Assembly: GCA_011523185.1 (NCBI GenBank)
Contig: WTHI01000122.1
Location: forward strand, 39,962-99,855
Direction of reading: 5' to 3'
DNA from: Methanobacteriota archaeon
GTDB taxonomy: Archaea > Thermoplasmatota > Poseidoniia > Poseidoniales > Thalassarchaeaceae
Length of the DNA stretch: 59,894 bases
Each line of letters opens with the position of its first letter. Position 1 is the stretch's first letter. Of this stretch, positions 38,053-47,741 are shown one piece after another. A program made the translations under genes and the position numbers. The notes beneath the pieces were generated by a model that saw only the letters and a list, made by a program, of their open reading frames with translations, had not been told where the DNA came from and made no database searches.

Positions 38053-39156
38053 ATGGGTCTACCATATCGCTTTCTGGTCCGCCCTTCTCTACGCTTTATT
38101 GATTCTGAAAAAGCTCATAATCTGAGTGTAAATACACTTACCAAATTTGCAGAAAATCGACCCGCGCAAAAAATACTCGGATCAATCTATGGCACACCAA
38201 ATCTTCCTATCACAGTTTTCGGGAAATTGTTTAGACACCCTTTAGGGTTAGCAGCTGGTTTTGATAAATCGGCCCAAGCAATAGGTGCGTGGCCGTCTCT
38301 CGGTTTTTCTTGGGTCGAATATGGGGGCGTAACTCGCTATCCTCAAGATGGTAATCCAAAACCTAGAATGTTCAGATCCAATCGAGAAAATGCTTTGATT
38401 AATCGAATGGGATTCAATAATCCAGGGGCACAACAGATTCGAGATACTCTCACGAAAAGGCAAATCTCTGGAAAATGGCCAAATGTTCCTATCGCGGCAA
38501 ATATTGGGCGCTCAAAGACAGTTAACAATGAGAGAGCCCCAGATGATTATGCTGAAACATTTGGATTGTTATATGATCATGCAGACATATTTGTGCTCAA
38601 TGTATCTTCACCAAATACTCCTGGTTTACGAGAATTACAGGAAGATGATCATATCCGTGATGTAGTAAAAGCTTGCACATCACTTCGAGCAAAAAGAGGA
38701 GGCTCTAAACCAATACTGCTGAAATTTTCTCCGGATTTACCTAGAGAAGATCTCCTATCCTGCGCTGGCGCAGCACTTTCTGCTGACATAGATGGATTTA
38801 TTGCTACGAATACAACAATAAGTAGGCCCGCTCCAAATAACACTAATTCAAGGAAATTTTTTGCGGAACAAGGTGGACTTTCGGGCAAACCACTTCATGA
38901 TAAATCTATACAGATGATTGGAGAGTTGTATGACAGCATTGGAGGTAAAGTTCCAATCGTTGGTTGCGGAGGAATAGATTCTGGAAATTCTGCTTGGAAC
39001 GCGATTACTAATGGTTCATCTTTACTACAACTGTATTCTGCAATGGTATTCCAAGGCCCCTCTGTTGTAAAGAGTGTCACTAAAGGATTGAAAGCCAAAA
39101 TGGAAAATCAAGGATTTGCTGATTTACAGGAAGCGGTTGGATATACTAGACCATAG
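38053..39156 (+). CDS. pyrD: Quinone-dependent dihydroorotate dehydrogenase (class 2)
   Basis: GLAAGFDK, QDGNPKPR, INRMGFNN, NVSSPNTPGLR, GGLSG. Confidence 0.96.
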   Translation: MGLPYRFLVRPSLRFIDSEKAHNLSVNTLTKFAENRPAQKILGSIYGTPNLPITVFGKLFRHPLGLAAGFDKSAQAIGAWPSLGFSWVEYGGVTRYPQDGNPKPRMFRSNRENALINRMGFNNPGAQQIRDTLTKRQISGKWPNVPIAANIGRSKTVNNERAPDDYAETFGLLYDHADIFVLNVSSPNTPGLRELQEDDHIRDVVKACTSLRAKRGGSKPILLKFSPDLPREDLLSCAGAALSADIDGFIATNTTISRPAPNNTNSRKFFAEQGGLSGKPLHDKSIQMIGELYDSIGGKVPIVGCGGIDSGNSAWNAITNGSSLLQLYSAMVFQGPSVVKSVTKGLKAKMENQGFADLQEAVGYTRP

Positions 39157-39210
39157 GTTCCACTGTCACGTGAGAGTAAGGCTATTCAATACCCTGCTGG
39201 ACGAATTATT

Positions 39211-39594
39211 GTGAACACAACCCGCAGGTCTCGACTGATGTTTGTCGGAGCAATTATGCTTGGACTGATTGGATTGATGTTTTTGTCTGTTGACCCACAA
39301 GTTCAGTACACGGTTGACGAAGTTATGGATTCTCCAGAAGAATTTAGTTCGGATGAAGTAAATATTCGCGGGATTGTAAAAAATCAATCTATTGACAATT
39401 CTTCCTCTACTTTCATTTTACAAGGTTCTGCCTCCCAAATTCAAGTATCCTTTGCGATGATTGCGGTACCAGATGGATTCGAAGAAGGTCGCATGATAGC
39501 GGTTAATGGGAATTTAATCCAAGAGGGAGACAATTGGAAAATAGACGCTAAAGAAATCCAAACTGGTTGCCCTTCTAAATATGAAACTGAATGA
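39211..39594 (+). CDS. ccmE: Cytochrome c maturation heme chaperone CcmE (CxxxY type)
   Basis: N-terminal TM, OB-fold PDGFEEG, C-terminal GCPSKY. Confidence 0.88.
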   Translation: MNTTRRSRLMFVGAIMLGLIGLMFLSVDPQVQYTVDEVMDSPEEFSSDEVNIRGIVKNQSIDNSSSTFILQGSASQIQVSFAMIAVPDGFEEGRMIAVNGNLIQEGDNWKIDAKEIQTGCPSKYETE

Positions 39595-39670
39595 TTTTTG
39601 ACAATATTCCAAGTTATATCCTTGATTTGAGTGATAGTTTCGTTCATAGGTGAGCGCTACTCGCATTGAT

Positions 39671-39977
39671 TGGGCTAGGGGGAGCGTTGACGTGTTCTAT
39701 CATCCACAAATCGTCGAAAATGGTGGCCTGAAGTCCGAGGGCGGCAAAGACGAGCCGACGATGACCCTGCGGTTGACGTCGATGCCTCGCCCCCAAGAGA
39801 TCCAGGTTGGCGGAGAACACTTCCGAAGGGAAGTGTCGACCGTCTCACGCTCGGGAATCAGGTCAGGCGCGGAAGCGAGCAGCCCGACCGAGGATGCTGG
39901 ATGCCTTGGGATAGCGGGGCGGAGGAGATCGTGGAACTTTCATTGTTGGTGACGATTGTCCACCGAGGACGTGCCCA
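39671..39977 (+). ncRNA. ffs: Archaeal signal recognition particle (7S) RNA; ends approximate
   Basis: Helix 8 GGTCAGGCGC-GGAA-GCGAGCAGCC; helix 6 ACACTTCC-GAAG-GGAAGTGT; terminal pairing TGGGC/GCCCA; complementary Alu loops TTGACG/CGTCGA; GC-rich intergenic of about 305 nt. Confidence 0.93.
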
Positions 39978-39990
39978 CTCTGGGTATATA

Positions 39991-40845
39991 TTATCCTAGC
40001 AATTTGTCTACGAGTTCTTCTGTAATTCCAAAGAAGTTATTTTCAGAACACCGAATTAGTAATTCTTTCCAACCATCATGGTCGTTTAGTGCAATATCTA
40101 ACAACTCCCTTCCTCTCTCCAAATCTCCCTTATTGGCGAGGTTGATGGCGGTCCAAAAGGCGATTTCAGGAAATTCTTCTGCTTCTGATTGTCCAAGCTC
40201 AAATTCATACCCATTATTGGTGAATTCTGAATAAATTGAACTTACTTTCAATAATCTACCTAACTCTTCGAGGGGATTAGGATGGTCATCCACATTAACA
40301 TCAACAATTACCCCTTCCCATTCCTTCTCTGTTGTATGAGAGTCAACAACTAGAATTCTTCCAGATTGCATTCCACGTATATCGCCACCTGCATTTTGAC
40401 CAGCGAACATTGCTGAAAGGAGTCTTTCAGATAACAGACCGTCTGAATTTTCAAATGCATCAGACATTGCTTGGGGTACTGATTCGTTCCACATGAGATT
40501 TGCTTGGCAGGAGAATCCTTCTCCGATAACATGGCCAGCCGCAGGGATAGTCAGCGAGCCTGTATGTGCGGCTACTTCACCATTAGAATCCAACATGGCC
40601 ACTTGGCGAATCTCTGGTTCAGGGTCTTCCCCAAGCCTCTCTACTAGAGCGTCGGATGCCGATACCCCCCCTTCCATTAATCTCAGACCCAATGGACCAT
40701 GATCAATTAGCGCCATTGCTTGGGTTACCACTACCCCAACCCCGGCCTTCGCCCAGCACGCATTACCAGCACCATAGAAGTGAGATTGTATGCCAACACC
40801 ATATTGACCTGTTTCTGGGCATTTTGCAATTATTGAATAGGTCAT
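39991..40845 (-). CDS. DUF1028 family Ntn-hydrolase-like protein with TPR-like tail
   Basis: MTYSIIA, GVGVVVTQA, RQVAMLD, GGDIRG.QS, VDDHPNPLEEL. Confidence 0.88.
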   Translation of the reverse strand: MTYSIIAKCPETGQYGVGIQSHFYGAGNACWAKAGVGVVVTQAMALIDHGPLGLRLMEGGVSASDALVERLGEDPEPEIRQVAMLDSNGEVAAHTGSLTIPAAGHVIGEGFSCQANLMWNESVPQAMSDAFENSDGLLSERLLSAMFAGQNAGGDIRGMQSGRILVVDSHTTEKEWEGVIVDVNVDDHPNPLEELGRLLKVSSIYSEFTNNGYEFELGQSEAEEFPEIAFWTAINLANKGDLERGRELLDIALNDHDGWKELLIRCSENNFFGITEELVDKLLG

Positions 40846-40855
40846 AAATTTCCCT

Positions 40856-41329
40856 CTAAAGAGATTCAGAATCGACTCCGCCCATTTTACAAACTATAGC
40901 GAAATGTTCCTTTGAAACCGGTTGCACCGACAAACGTTGTCCACGTTGTAACAAAGGCATACCCTCTAGACTAGGATTAGCTTTGAGTTCGGGTAGTCCT
41001 ACTGCATCAATTGCCTTTATTGCCTCAATATCGACCATTATCCATCTGGGGTTTTCTGGTGAGGCTTTTTCATCAAAATACTTTGAATTAGGGTCTTGTG
41101 CAGTAAAGTCGGGATATCCTTCTTTACACACCTTTGCCACTCCAGCGACATGTGGAGGTTTGCAATTTGAATGATAAAACAAAACCCAATCTCCGATTTT
41201 CATATCATCTCTCATGATATTGCGAGCCTGATAGTTTCTGACTCCATCCCAGTGGGTGGATTTATCTTCGACCAATTGCGACCAGGGGTAGACGTCTGGT
41301 TCGCTTTTCATTAACCAATAATTCACCAT
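40856..41329 (-). CDS. EVE domain protein (Thy28-like)
   Basis: YWLMKSEP, WDGVRNYQARN, FYHSN, RLSVQPV. Confidence 0.93.
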   Translation of the reverse strand: MVNYWLMKSEPDVYPWSQLVEDKSTHWDGVRNYQARNIMRDDMKIGDWVLFYHSNCKPPHVAGVAKVCKEGYPDFTAQDPNSKYFDEKASPENPRWIMVDIEAIKAIDAVGLPELKANPSLEGMPLLQRGQRLSVQPVSKEHFAIVCKMGGVDSESL

Positions 41330-41333
41330 AATA

Positions 41334-44300
41334 TCACCATGCATCTTGACTATCCATAACTAGGGTGGCGTCCATTATATCCCCTTGTTCTCTTGTCAGA
41401 GTTCTTCTAAGGCCTGCTGCCTTTGCCATTGTTCCGGATCCTCCAGTTAAGGAAATATTGGCTTTCACTAACAGGGAATAAATTGCAGGCAGGAGAATTA
41501 GTGCAGAAATTGCCGCAAGAATTAGGAGAATTATAATTACATCAATGAATGGAGCAATAGCTGGAATTGGAATATAATAAGCGCAAAACATACCTGCTAT
41601 CGTTACTGTTACAGCTTCGGTCAGGCTCATTCCTGTACTCGCACATGCAATACGAATAGCGTCTACAGAACCACCTAATTCTTTTACACGATTAGCAATA
41701 TGTATAGAGAAATCAACTCCAACTCCTACCAGAATTGAACCGATCATAACGGTAACCAGTGACAAACTTACACTACCCTGGTCCATTACTAGCCATTGCA
41801 TGAATACAGTAAATGCCACTGGGGTAGTAGTAAGAATTGCATACCGTATATCTCTGAAAACCAAACCAAGCGTGAAGACAGTAAACAGCAAAGCGAATAA
41901 TAATGACCCCCATTGTGAGTCTACAACTAAGTTATTGACTTCTATTGTGACAGATGCTACACCAATTAATCTTGTAGAAGTGACTCCTAATCCGGCTGTA
42001 TCTTGTTTAGCGTAATTATCTATTTGCGAAACCGCAACTTCAGTTTTCTTAACATCCATAAATGGCATATCAATATAGATTAGACTCTGACTATAATTTT
42101 CAGAAATGAATAAGTTTCTCATTTCTAGTGTAAGACTATTGTAGAATACATTTAGAAGAAAGCTTTGCGATTCTACACTGCCTGTTTGTTGCTGATCTAA
42201 AACCGCCAGGCTCCACCAAAATGAGCCATTGCCTGAAACCTCTCGGTCGAATATAATCGCGGATAATTCTTTGATTTGAGCGGGTACAAACTCGTTATCT
42301 TGTATTGGTTCATTAATGGGGTCGCCATCTAAATCGACACCAACAGCTATGGCTTTCATTAGGAAAACGATAGATACTGCTGTGGTTTGATTTACTTGAT
42401 TGCATTTTCCTTCCAGTTCCTCTATTCCAACCAATCTTGAATAAGGATCATTCCGCTTTAGGTCTGTGTTAAAAATTTCAGGTGAGGCAGACAAATCTGC
42501 ATCAATCAATAAAAATCCAGGTTGTCCGGCCTCAAATTCTGTAGAATATGTTTTCATTTTGTCTACAGCACCAACTCCTTCAGGGGCCATCTCGAGTAGA
42601 TCCACGTTTTCCTCAACATTTGGCCTGCTATATCCTGCAGAGATCAAAATCGCAACTAGAAATACACTGAGTGTTAATTTAGTCCAATTTATTGGTACGT
42701 TAACGGCAGAAACGAAGGCTTTGGGGGGTGGGTGCGAGGGTTTCTTTAGGTCCAACATCATTGTCAAGTTAGGCACCATCACCATTGTCATGATATAAAC
42801 CACAACAATACCCATTGCGAGTGAATAACCAACAGTTTGTATTGGTTTCATTGGAGTTAGTGCTAATGATATAAATCCGATAATTGTCGTAATTGCAGAT
42901 AGTAAAACAGCTCTCCCTGTCGATTCCAATGCTTCAGCCATTTTCTCTCTTGGCGTACCTTTTGATTCTGCATAACGATTAGTTATGTGAAGTCCATAAG
43001 AAACTCCCAACGCTAGTACAATTGGTCCTACAATAATCACAGTCATTGTTACTTCGTAATTCGTCCACCCGATTATTCCCATAGTGATGAAAACGGAACA
43101 AAGTGTTGGTAGGCCTGAAATAACTACCACCTTAAACCCTTGAACAAATCTTATCCTACCAGTCTGAAATAGGTCACAGTGGAATAGGAATAAACCTAGA
43201 GCCACGAAAACCACGCCTATTGGAAAAACATTCCAAAATAGGTTGAATGATTCCTCTGTGACTGCATTTGTTATTGGAACTGGTCCCGTAAGGGTCATGG
43301 ACAATCCCCTTTGATCCCAATCATTTGCTTCGCTTAGCCCGATAATTCCTAATTGAGTATCCTCAATAAATTCAGAAATCGTAATCTCCTCTCCATTATC
43401 GTCCTTTAGTTGGTCAGAAATGCCGATAATTATCACGGCTCGATTCCAGCCAAACCCTGATTTATTTCCAATTTGCACTTCATTTTCCCATGTTCCTACA
43501 TCTCTGACCAATTTATTCAAGGCATTAGGAGGCATCTCATCTAAGATTTGGTCCACCCTCGCTTGATCATCAGGTATAGCGTAATTTCCGAATAGATCCT
43601 GATTATCCTCTATAGATTGGTTGACAAAATCGGAAATCGTTGGATCATCCACTGCCTCGGACACTGCCGAAGCAAAAGATGTCGCTACCCTTCCGGCTGA
43701 GGAATTAACTTCTTTGATGACTGAAGATATTGAAAGTACATAGATTACATTGTCCTGTCCCTTGTCATTTTGATGTGGATTTAGTAGATTTTCCAATTTT
43801 TCTATTTCTTCTAGGGTTGAAACTTCTGTAATATTTCTTCCTGAACCAGGTACGGCTTCCCTAGTGCCATCATCATTTTCAACGTAGACAATTTCTGATT
43901 CTACGTAAATCACCATGACGTTGGTAGTCCATCCTTCAACACTCTCTACCTGGTTCAATAATGCTGAAACCTCGGACCCTTGAGGGAGATATACTTCCAA
44001 ATCCCCATTAACATTCATAGATGATTTTTCTTCAATAGGGCAAAATCCATCGGGATTTGCTAATGACTTTCTACAATCTACCAAACCCGATTCCCAAGAG
44101 AAGAAAGCAGTAACTATGAGGCAGAAAATGACTGTGACAACGGGAAATTTTGTTAAGAGGTCTGTAAAATTGAGATCTGAGGAAACTCTACGCAATTGGT
44201 TTTTCGACCTTCTTCCGTAACTCTCTACTGTATTTTTATCAACGTCTAACTTGGAGAACATTTCCCGGCCTTTTTCCGTCGCTTGTTTTGCGAAACGAGA

Positions 44301-44342
44301 TGCAATGTTACCTGGCTTTTCGTCTCCTGACAAGTCCCCCAA
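41334..44342 (-). CDS. MMPL/RND (HAE3) family transporter
   Basis: Two TM repeats with large extracellular loops; TGRAVLLSAITTIIGF, GVGVDFSIH. Confidence 0.9.
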   Translation of the reverse strand: MGDLSGDEKPGNIASRFAKQATEKGREMFSKLDVDKNTVESYGRRSKNQLRRVSSDLNFTDLLTKFPVVTVIFCLIVTAFFSWESGLVDCRKSLANPDGFCPIEEKSSMNVNGDLEVYLPQGSEVSALLNQVESVEGWTTNVMVIYVESEIVYVENDDGTREAVPGSGRNITEVSTLEEIEKLENLLNPHQNDKGQDNVIYVLSISSVIKEVNSSAGRVATSFASAVSEAVDDPTISDFVNQSIEDNQDLFGNYAIPDDQARVDQILDEMPPNALNKLVRDVGTWENEVQIGNKSGFGWNRAVIIIGISDQLKDDNGEEITISEFIEDTQLGIIGLSEANDWDQRGLSMTLTGPVPITNAVTEESFNLFWNVFPIGVVFVALGLFLFHCDLFQTGRIRFVQGFKVVVISGLPTLCSVFITMGIIGWTNYEVTMTVIIVGPIVLALGVSYGLHITNRYAESKGTPREKMAEALESTGRAVLLSAITTIIGFISLALTPMKPIQTVGYSLAMGIVVVYIMTMVMVPNLTMMLDLKKPSHPPPKAFVSAVNVPINWTKLTLSVFLVAILISAGYSRPNVEENVDLLEMAPEGVGAVDKMKTYSTEFEAGQPGFLLIDADLSASPEIFNTDLKRNDPYSRLVGIEELEGKCNQVNQTTAVSIVFLMKAIAVGVDLDGDPINEPIQDNEFVPAQIKELSAIIFDREVSGNGSFWWSLAVLDQQQTGSVESQSFLLNVFYNSLTLEMRNLFISENYSQSLIYIDMPFMDVKKTEVAVSQIDNYAKQDTAGLGVTSTRLIGVASVTIEVNNLVVDSQWGSLLFALLFTVFTLGLVFRDIRYAILTTTPVAFTVFMQWLVMDQGSVSLSLVTVMIGSILVGVGVDFSIHIANRVKELGGSVDAIRIACASTGMSLTEAVTVTIAGMFCAYYIPIPAIAPFIDVIIILLILAAISALILLPAIYSLLVKANISLTGGSGTMAKAAGLRRTLTREQGDIMDATLVMDSQDAW

Positions 44343-44479
44343 CTCCTTAGTAGGTTCTCTCTCGTCACCGAAGGTGCTTGAACCCGACGGCTAGTAGTGG
44401 GTCGGAAAATATCGTTCTAGAAGTTAGTGAATGATTGGGAACCGTCAAGAATGATAGGTCATAGGGTAGACTGTAATTT

Positions 44480-46972
44480 GTGGTGGATGTGTCTATGGGG
44501 GCTCCCTTGATTGAGGATAAACGATGGTCTATTGACCTTGAGAAAAGGATTCAAGAGGAACACTATTCCAACTCCGAAATTTACAATCAAAGGTATGCAT
44601 TCAACCCTAAATCAGGGAAGGAGATATTCGTAGTAGATACACCACCGCCTTACCCTAGCGGTACATGGCATATTGGTGCGGTTGCTCAATATTCAATGAT
44701 CGATGTAATTGCTCGCAGTCAAAGACTGTTAGGAAAAGAGGTCTATTTCCCCTGGGGTGTCGATCGAAATGGAATCAACATCGAATTTACTGTAGAGAAA
44801 AATACTGGCAGAAAAATGAAGACTTTTGAAAGAGCAGAATTTTTGGATTTATGCCGGGATACAATAGAAGAATACACTCAAGCGATGAGGGAGACGGCAG
44901 CTAGAGTAGGGCTTTCTTGTGACTTCGACAAAGAATACCTTACAGATTCAGATGAATATAGGGGAGTATCCCAATCAATTTTTGTCGACCTATTCAAACG
45001 AGGTTACATTGTAGAAGATCTCCGTCCTAATATTTACGATCCGGTTGAAGGTACGACAATCGCTGATGCTGAGGTAGAAAGATTACGTAGGAAATCCAAG
45101 TTAATCGATATTAGATGGACAACTGAAGATGGTGTTGATGTAGTTATTTCGACTACTCGTCCAGAATTGATTTGTGCTTGTGGTGTAGTTGTAGTTCATC
45201 CTGATGACGATAGATATCAGCATTTGATTGGGAAGAAGATTGTCCTTCCAGTAGAAACGGAAGGGCGTGCAAAATCTGTTGAAATCACCACTCACCCTTC
45301 GGTCAAATCCGAGTTTGGATCTGGGGTCTTGATGGTTTGTTCCTTTGGCGACCAAAACGATGTTGCAGTATTCAGAGAACTTGGTTTAATGCCATTTCAA
45401 GCTATTGACCTTGAAGGCAATATGACCGAGGTTTCTGGGCCTTATGTTGGAATGAAAGTTGCAGAGGCAAGGGAGACGGTTATTGACGACCTTTCCTCGG
45501 CAAACAGGATAGTCAACATTATCGAAAAAGAACAGGATGTACCAGTTAGCGAGAGAGGAAAAAACCCTGTAGAAATTATTCTCCTCAAGGAATGGTATGT
45601 TCGACAGACACACATCCAAGACCGTATGCGTGAATTAATTGAAGATATGGAATTTCATCCAATAAGGAATAAACAATTTCTGCTGGATTGGATGGATAAT
45701 ATCAGCATCGATTGGCCAATCAGTCGTAGAAGGTGGTATCACACAGAAGTTCCGATATGGTATTCCGAAGACGGTGAGAAAATTATCACACCACCTGCTG
45801 GAGTTTATGTTCAGCCTTGGAGGGAAAATCCTCCATCAGGAAGTCGAGTATTAAACAGAGAAAGTAGAGAAGACCTAGGTAGTTGGGATGATCTTTCTTC
45901 CCAGTTAGGAGAAGTTATTGGTGAAGAGAAAGTATTCGACACTTGGATGGATTCTTCTAATTCTAACCTGTATGTTTCGGGTTATCTTTCTGACACAGAA
46001 TTATTCTCTAAGGCCTTCCCTACGGGCATAAGGCCTCAGGGTAAGGAAATAGTTCGAACATGGCTATATTACACTCTTTTGAAGAGTGCCTTGTTATTGG
46101 ATTCACCTGGATTCAAACATGTTTGGATCGACGGTTTGGGGATGGACCCTTGGGGTAGAAAGATGTCCAAATCACTCGGCAACGGTATCGATGCTAATTC
46201 AGTTCTAGAATGTGGTGCTGGTGGTAGAACGGGTTCTTGGAAAATCAGAGGGCCCGATAAAGTAGTAAACCTGAGAGCCAATAAGATCGGTTCAGAATGC
46301 TTCCGTTTATGGAAAGCCTGTGATGCCCAAGTTGGTGACGACTTCCAAATCAACCCAGAAGATATTGAACAGAAATACTTCGGTGTGTTAACCAAATTAT
46401 TCAATGTAGCAAGATTTTCTAGTCAATTCGATGTGCCCAGTGATTTAGAGAAAATACCAACTAATTTAGCGCCTGAGGACGAATGGATTCTTAGTGAATT
46501 CCACTCGGTCATGCGAAGAGTTGAGAAAGCGTGGCAAGAAATTGACATCTATACAGCGGCTCAATCTCTGAAAAATTTCTCCACCGGTGTGCTTGCTAGT
46601 CATTGGCTTGAGATGGTTAAATCCCGATTATACGATGGTGACAACGCAGCTGCCTGGACCTTACATAGAATGGTTAGAGACTTATTGGACGCTTTCTCTC
46701 CGATTTGTCCATTTTTCTCCCATTACCTTTCATCTACACTGTACGATAGGTCAGCAGTAGATGCAGATTCTTTCCCTACAATCTCCCTTAATTTTGAATT
46801 AGACGGCTGGACAGAAATTACTGAATCGGTTATGATTTTCAATTCAGAAGTTTGGAGGATGAAAAAGGAACAAGGACTCTCCCTAAATTCTGAAATTTCT
46901 GATATAAATGTCCCCGATAATTTACTCGCACTCAAAGTTCCTTTGACTAGGATGCATAAATTATCCGACTAA
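44480..46972 (+). CDS. valS: Valine-tRNA ligase
   Basis: DTPPPYPSG, TTRPE, DWPISR, DTWMDSS, RPQGKEI, KMSKS. Confidence 0.93.
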   Translation: MVDVSMGAPLIEDKRWSIDLEKRIQEEHYSNSEIYNQRYAFNPKSGKEIFVVDTPPPYPSGTWHIGAVAQYSMIDVIARSQRLLGKEVYFPWGVDRNGINIEFTVEKNTGRKMKTFERAEFLDLCRDTIEEYTQAMRETAARVGLSCDFDKEYLTDSDEYRGVSQSIFVDLFKRGYIVEDLRPNIYDPVEGTTIADAEVERLRRKSKLIDIRWTTEDGVDVVISTTRPELICACGVVVVHPDDDRYQHLIGKKIVLPVETEGRAKSVEITTHPSVKSEFGSGVLMVCSFGDQNDVAVFRELGLMPFQAIDLEGNMTEVSGPYVGMKVAEARETVIDDLSSANRIVNIIEKEQDVPVSERGKNPVEIILLKEWYVRQTHIQDRMRELIEDMEFHPIRNKQFLLDWMDNISIDWPISRRRWYHTEVPIWYSEDGEKIITPPAGVYVQPWRENPPSGSRVLNRESREDLGSWDDLSSQLGEVIGEEKVFDTWMDSSNSNLYVSGYLSDTELFSKAFPTGIRPQGKEIVRTWLYYTLLKSALLLDSPGFKHVWIDGLGMDPWGRKMSKSLGNGIDANSVLECGAGGRTGSWKIRGPDKVVNLRANKIGSECFRLWKACDAQVGDDFQINPEDIEQKYFGVLTKLFNVARFSSQFDVPSDLEKIPTNLAPEDEWILSEFHSVMRRVEKAWQEIDIYTAAQSLKNFSTGVLASHWLEMVKSRLYDGDNAAAWTLHRMVRDLLDAFSPICPFFSHYLSSTLYDRSAVDADSFPTISLNFELDGWTEITESVMIFNSEVWRMKKEQGLSLNSEISDINVPDNLLALKVPLTRMHKLSD

Positions 46973-47733
46973 ATTACAAAGGGTATCAGAGCTTTACGAT
47001 TCTCAGGGTAATCGGAGAACTCCTGTTTGTACCATCGATGGTGGGCAAATGCACGGGGTGCTAAGTTACAGAAAGTCCAGATGGCGAATGTAAAACCAGC
47101 TAGTGACCATGTCGCAATTGCGAAGCCAAACCATTCAATAATTTCACCAAGATAGTTGGGCGAGCTAACCTTTTCGAATAACCCCCCTCTGGGTATTTTA
47201 TAGCCAGTACTACCATCATCTCGCAATGAGAATAAGATATCATCCGATTTGATATTGATAATCATACCAAAGAAAAATATGACTACTCCAAAGATAAATC
47301 TAGGGTCTGTAACCCAAGATAATTCGTATCCTCCACTGAGGTCAAATAACCAAATTCCATTTAGAAGGCAGTTAATGGTGTTGAAAATTACTGCTAATAT
47401 TACTACACTTAACGGCATAAGTTTCTGTTCTAACTTAGCTCTATTTGGCCAAGCCCACGCCCGGTTTACATAATGGGCAGTCCAAATAGCCCAGAAAAAA
47501 AAGACCACAAGATCCCGGTTATGCCCTAGGACTAGTATAACAGCAAGTAAAACTGCGGGGATAGATTCCATAATTATCCAGCCTTTTTTGGCAGAAATTT
47601 CGACACCCCAACCCTTAGTTTTGTGTCTTCCGTAGGGTGCTTTTACAAATATCAGAATCAAGAAAACAATAACTGCTAATGTTAGCCATATGTAACATAC
47701 AGTTTTGTATTCTTCATATGATAAAATAAACAT
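46969..47733 (-). CDS. Steroid 5-alpha-reductase (SRD5A/DET2 family)
   Basis: APYGRH, WIIMES, HYVNRA, YKIPRGGLFE.VSSPNYLGEIIEW, NLAPRA..HHRWY, RKALIPF. Confidence 0.92.
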   Translation of the reverse strand: MFILSYEEYKTVCYIWLTLAVIVFLILIFVKAPYGRHKTKGWGVEISAKKGWIIMESIPAVLLAVILVLGHNRDLVVFFFWAIWTAHYVNRAWAWPNRAKLEQKLMPLSVVILAVIFNTINCLLNGIWLFDLSGGYELSWVTDPRFIFGVVIFFFGMIINIKSDDILFSLRDDGSTGYKIPRGGLFEKVSSPNYLGEIIEWFGFAIATWSLAGFTFAIWTFCNLAPRAFAHHRWYKQEFSDYPENRKALIPFVI

Positions 47734-47741
47734 CCAAACAC

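Noticed and set aside
39650..39952. 100-aa ORF on the + strand
   Set aside because: It overlaps the SRP RNA; the GC-rich structured RNA explains the open frame.
40856..41329. EVE protein as part of a modification-dependent restriction system
   Set aside because: It is a stand-alone Thy28-like EVE with no nuclease fused or adjacent.
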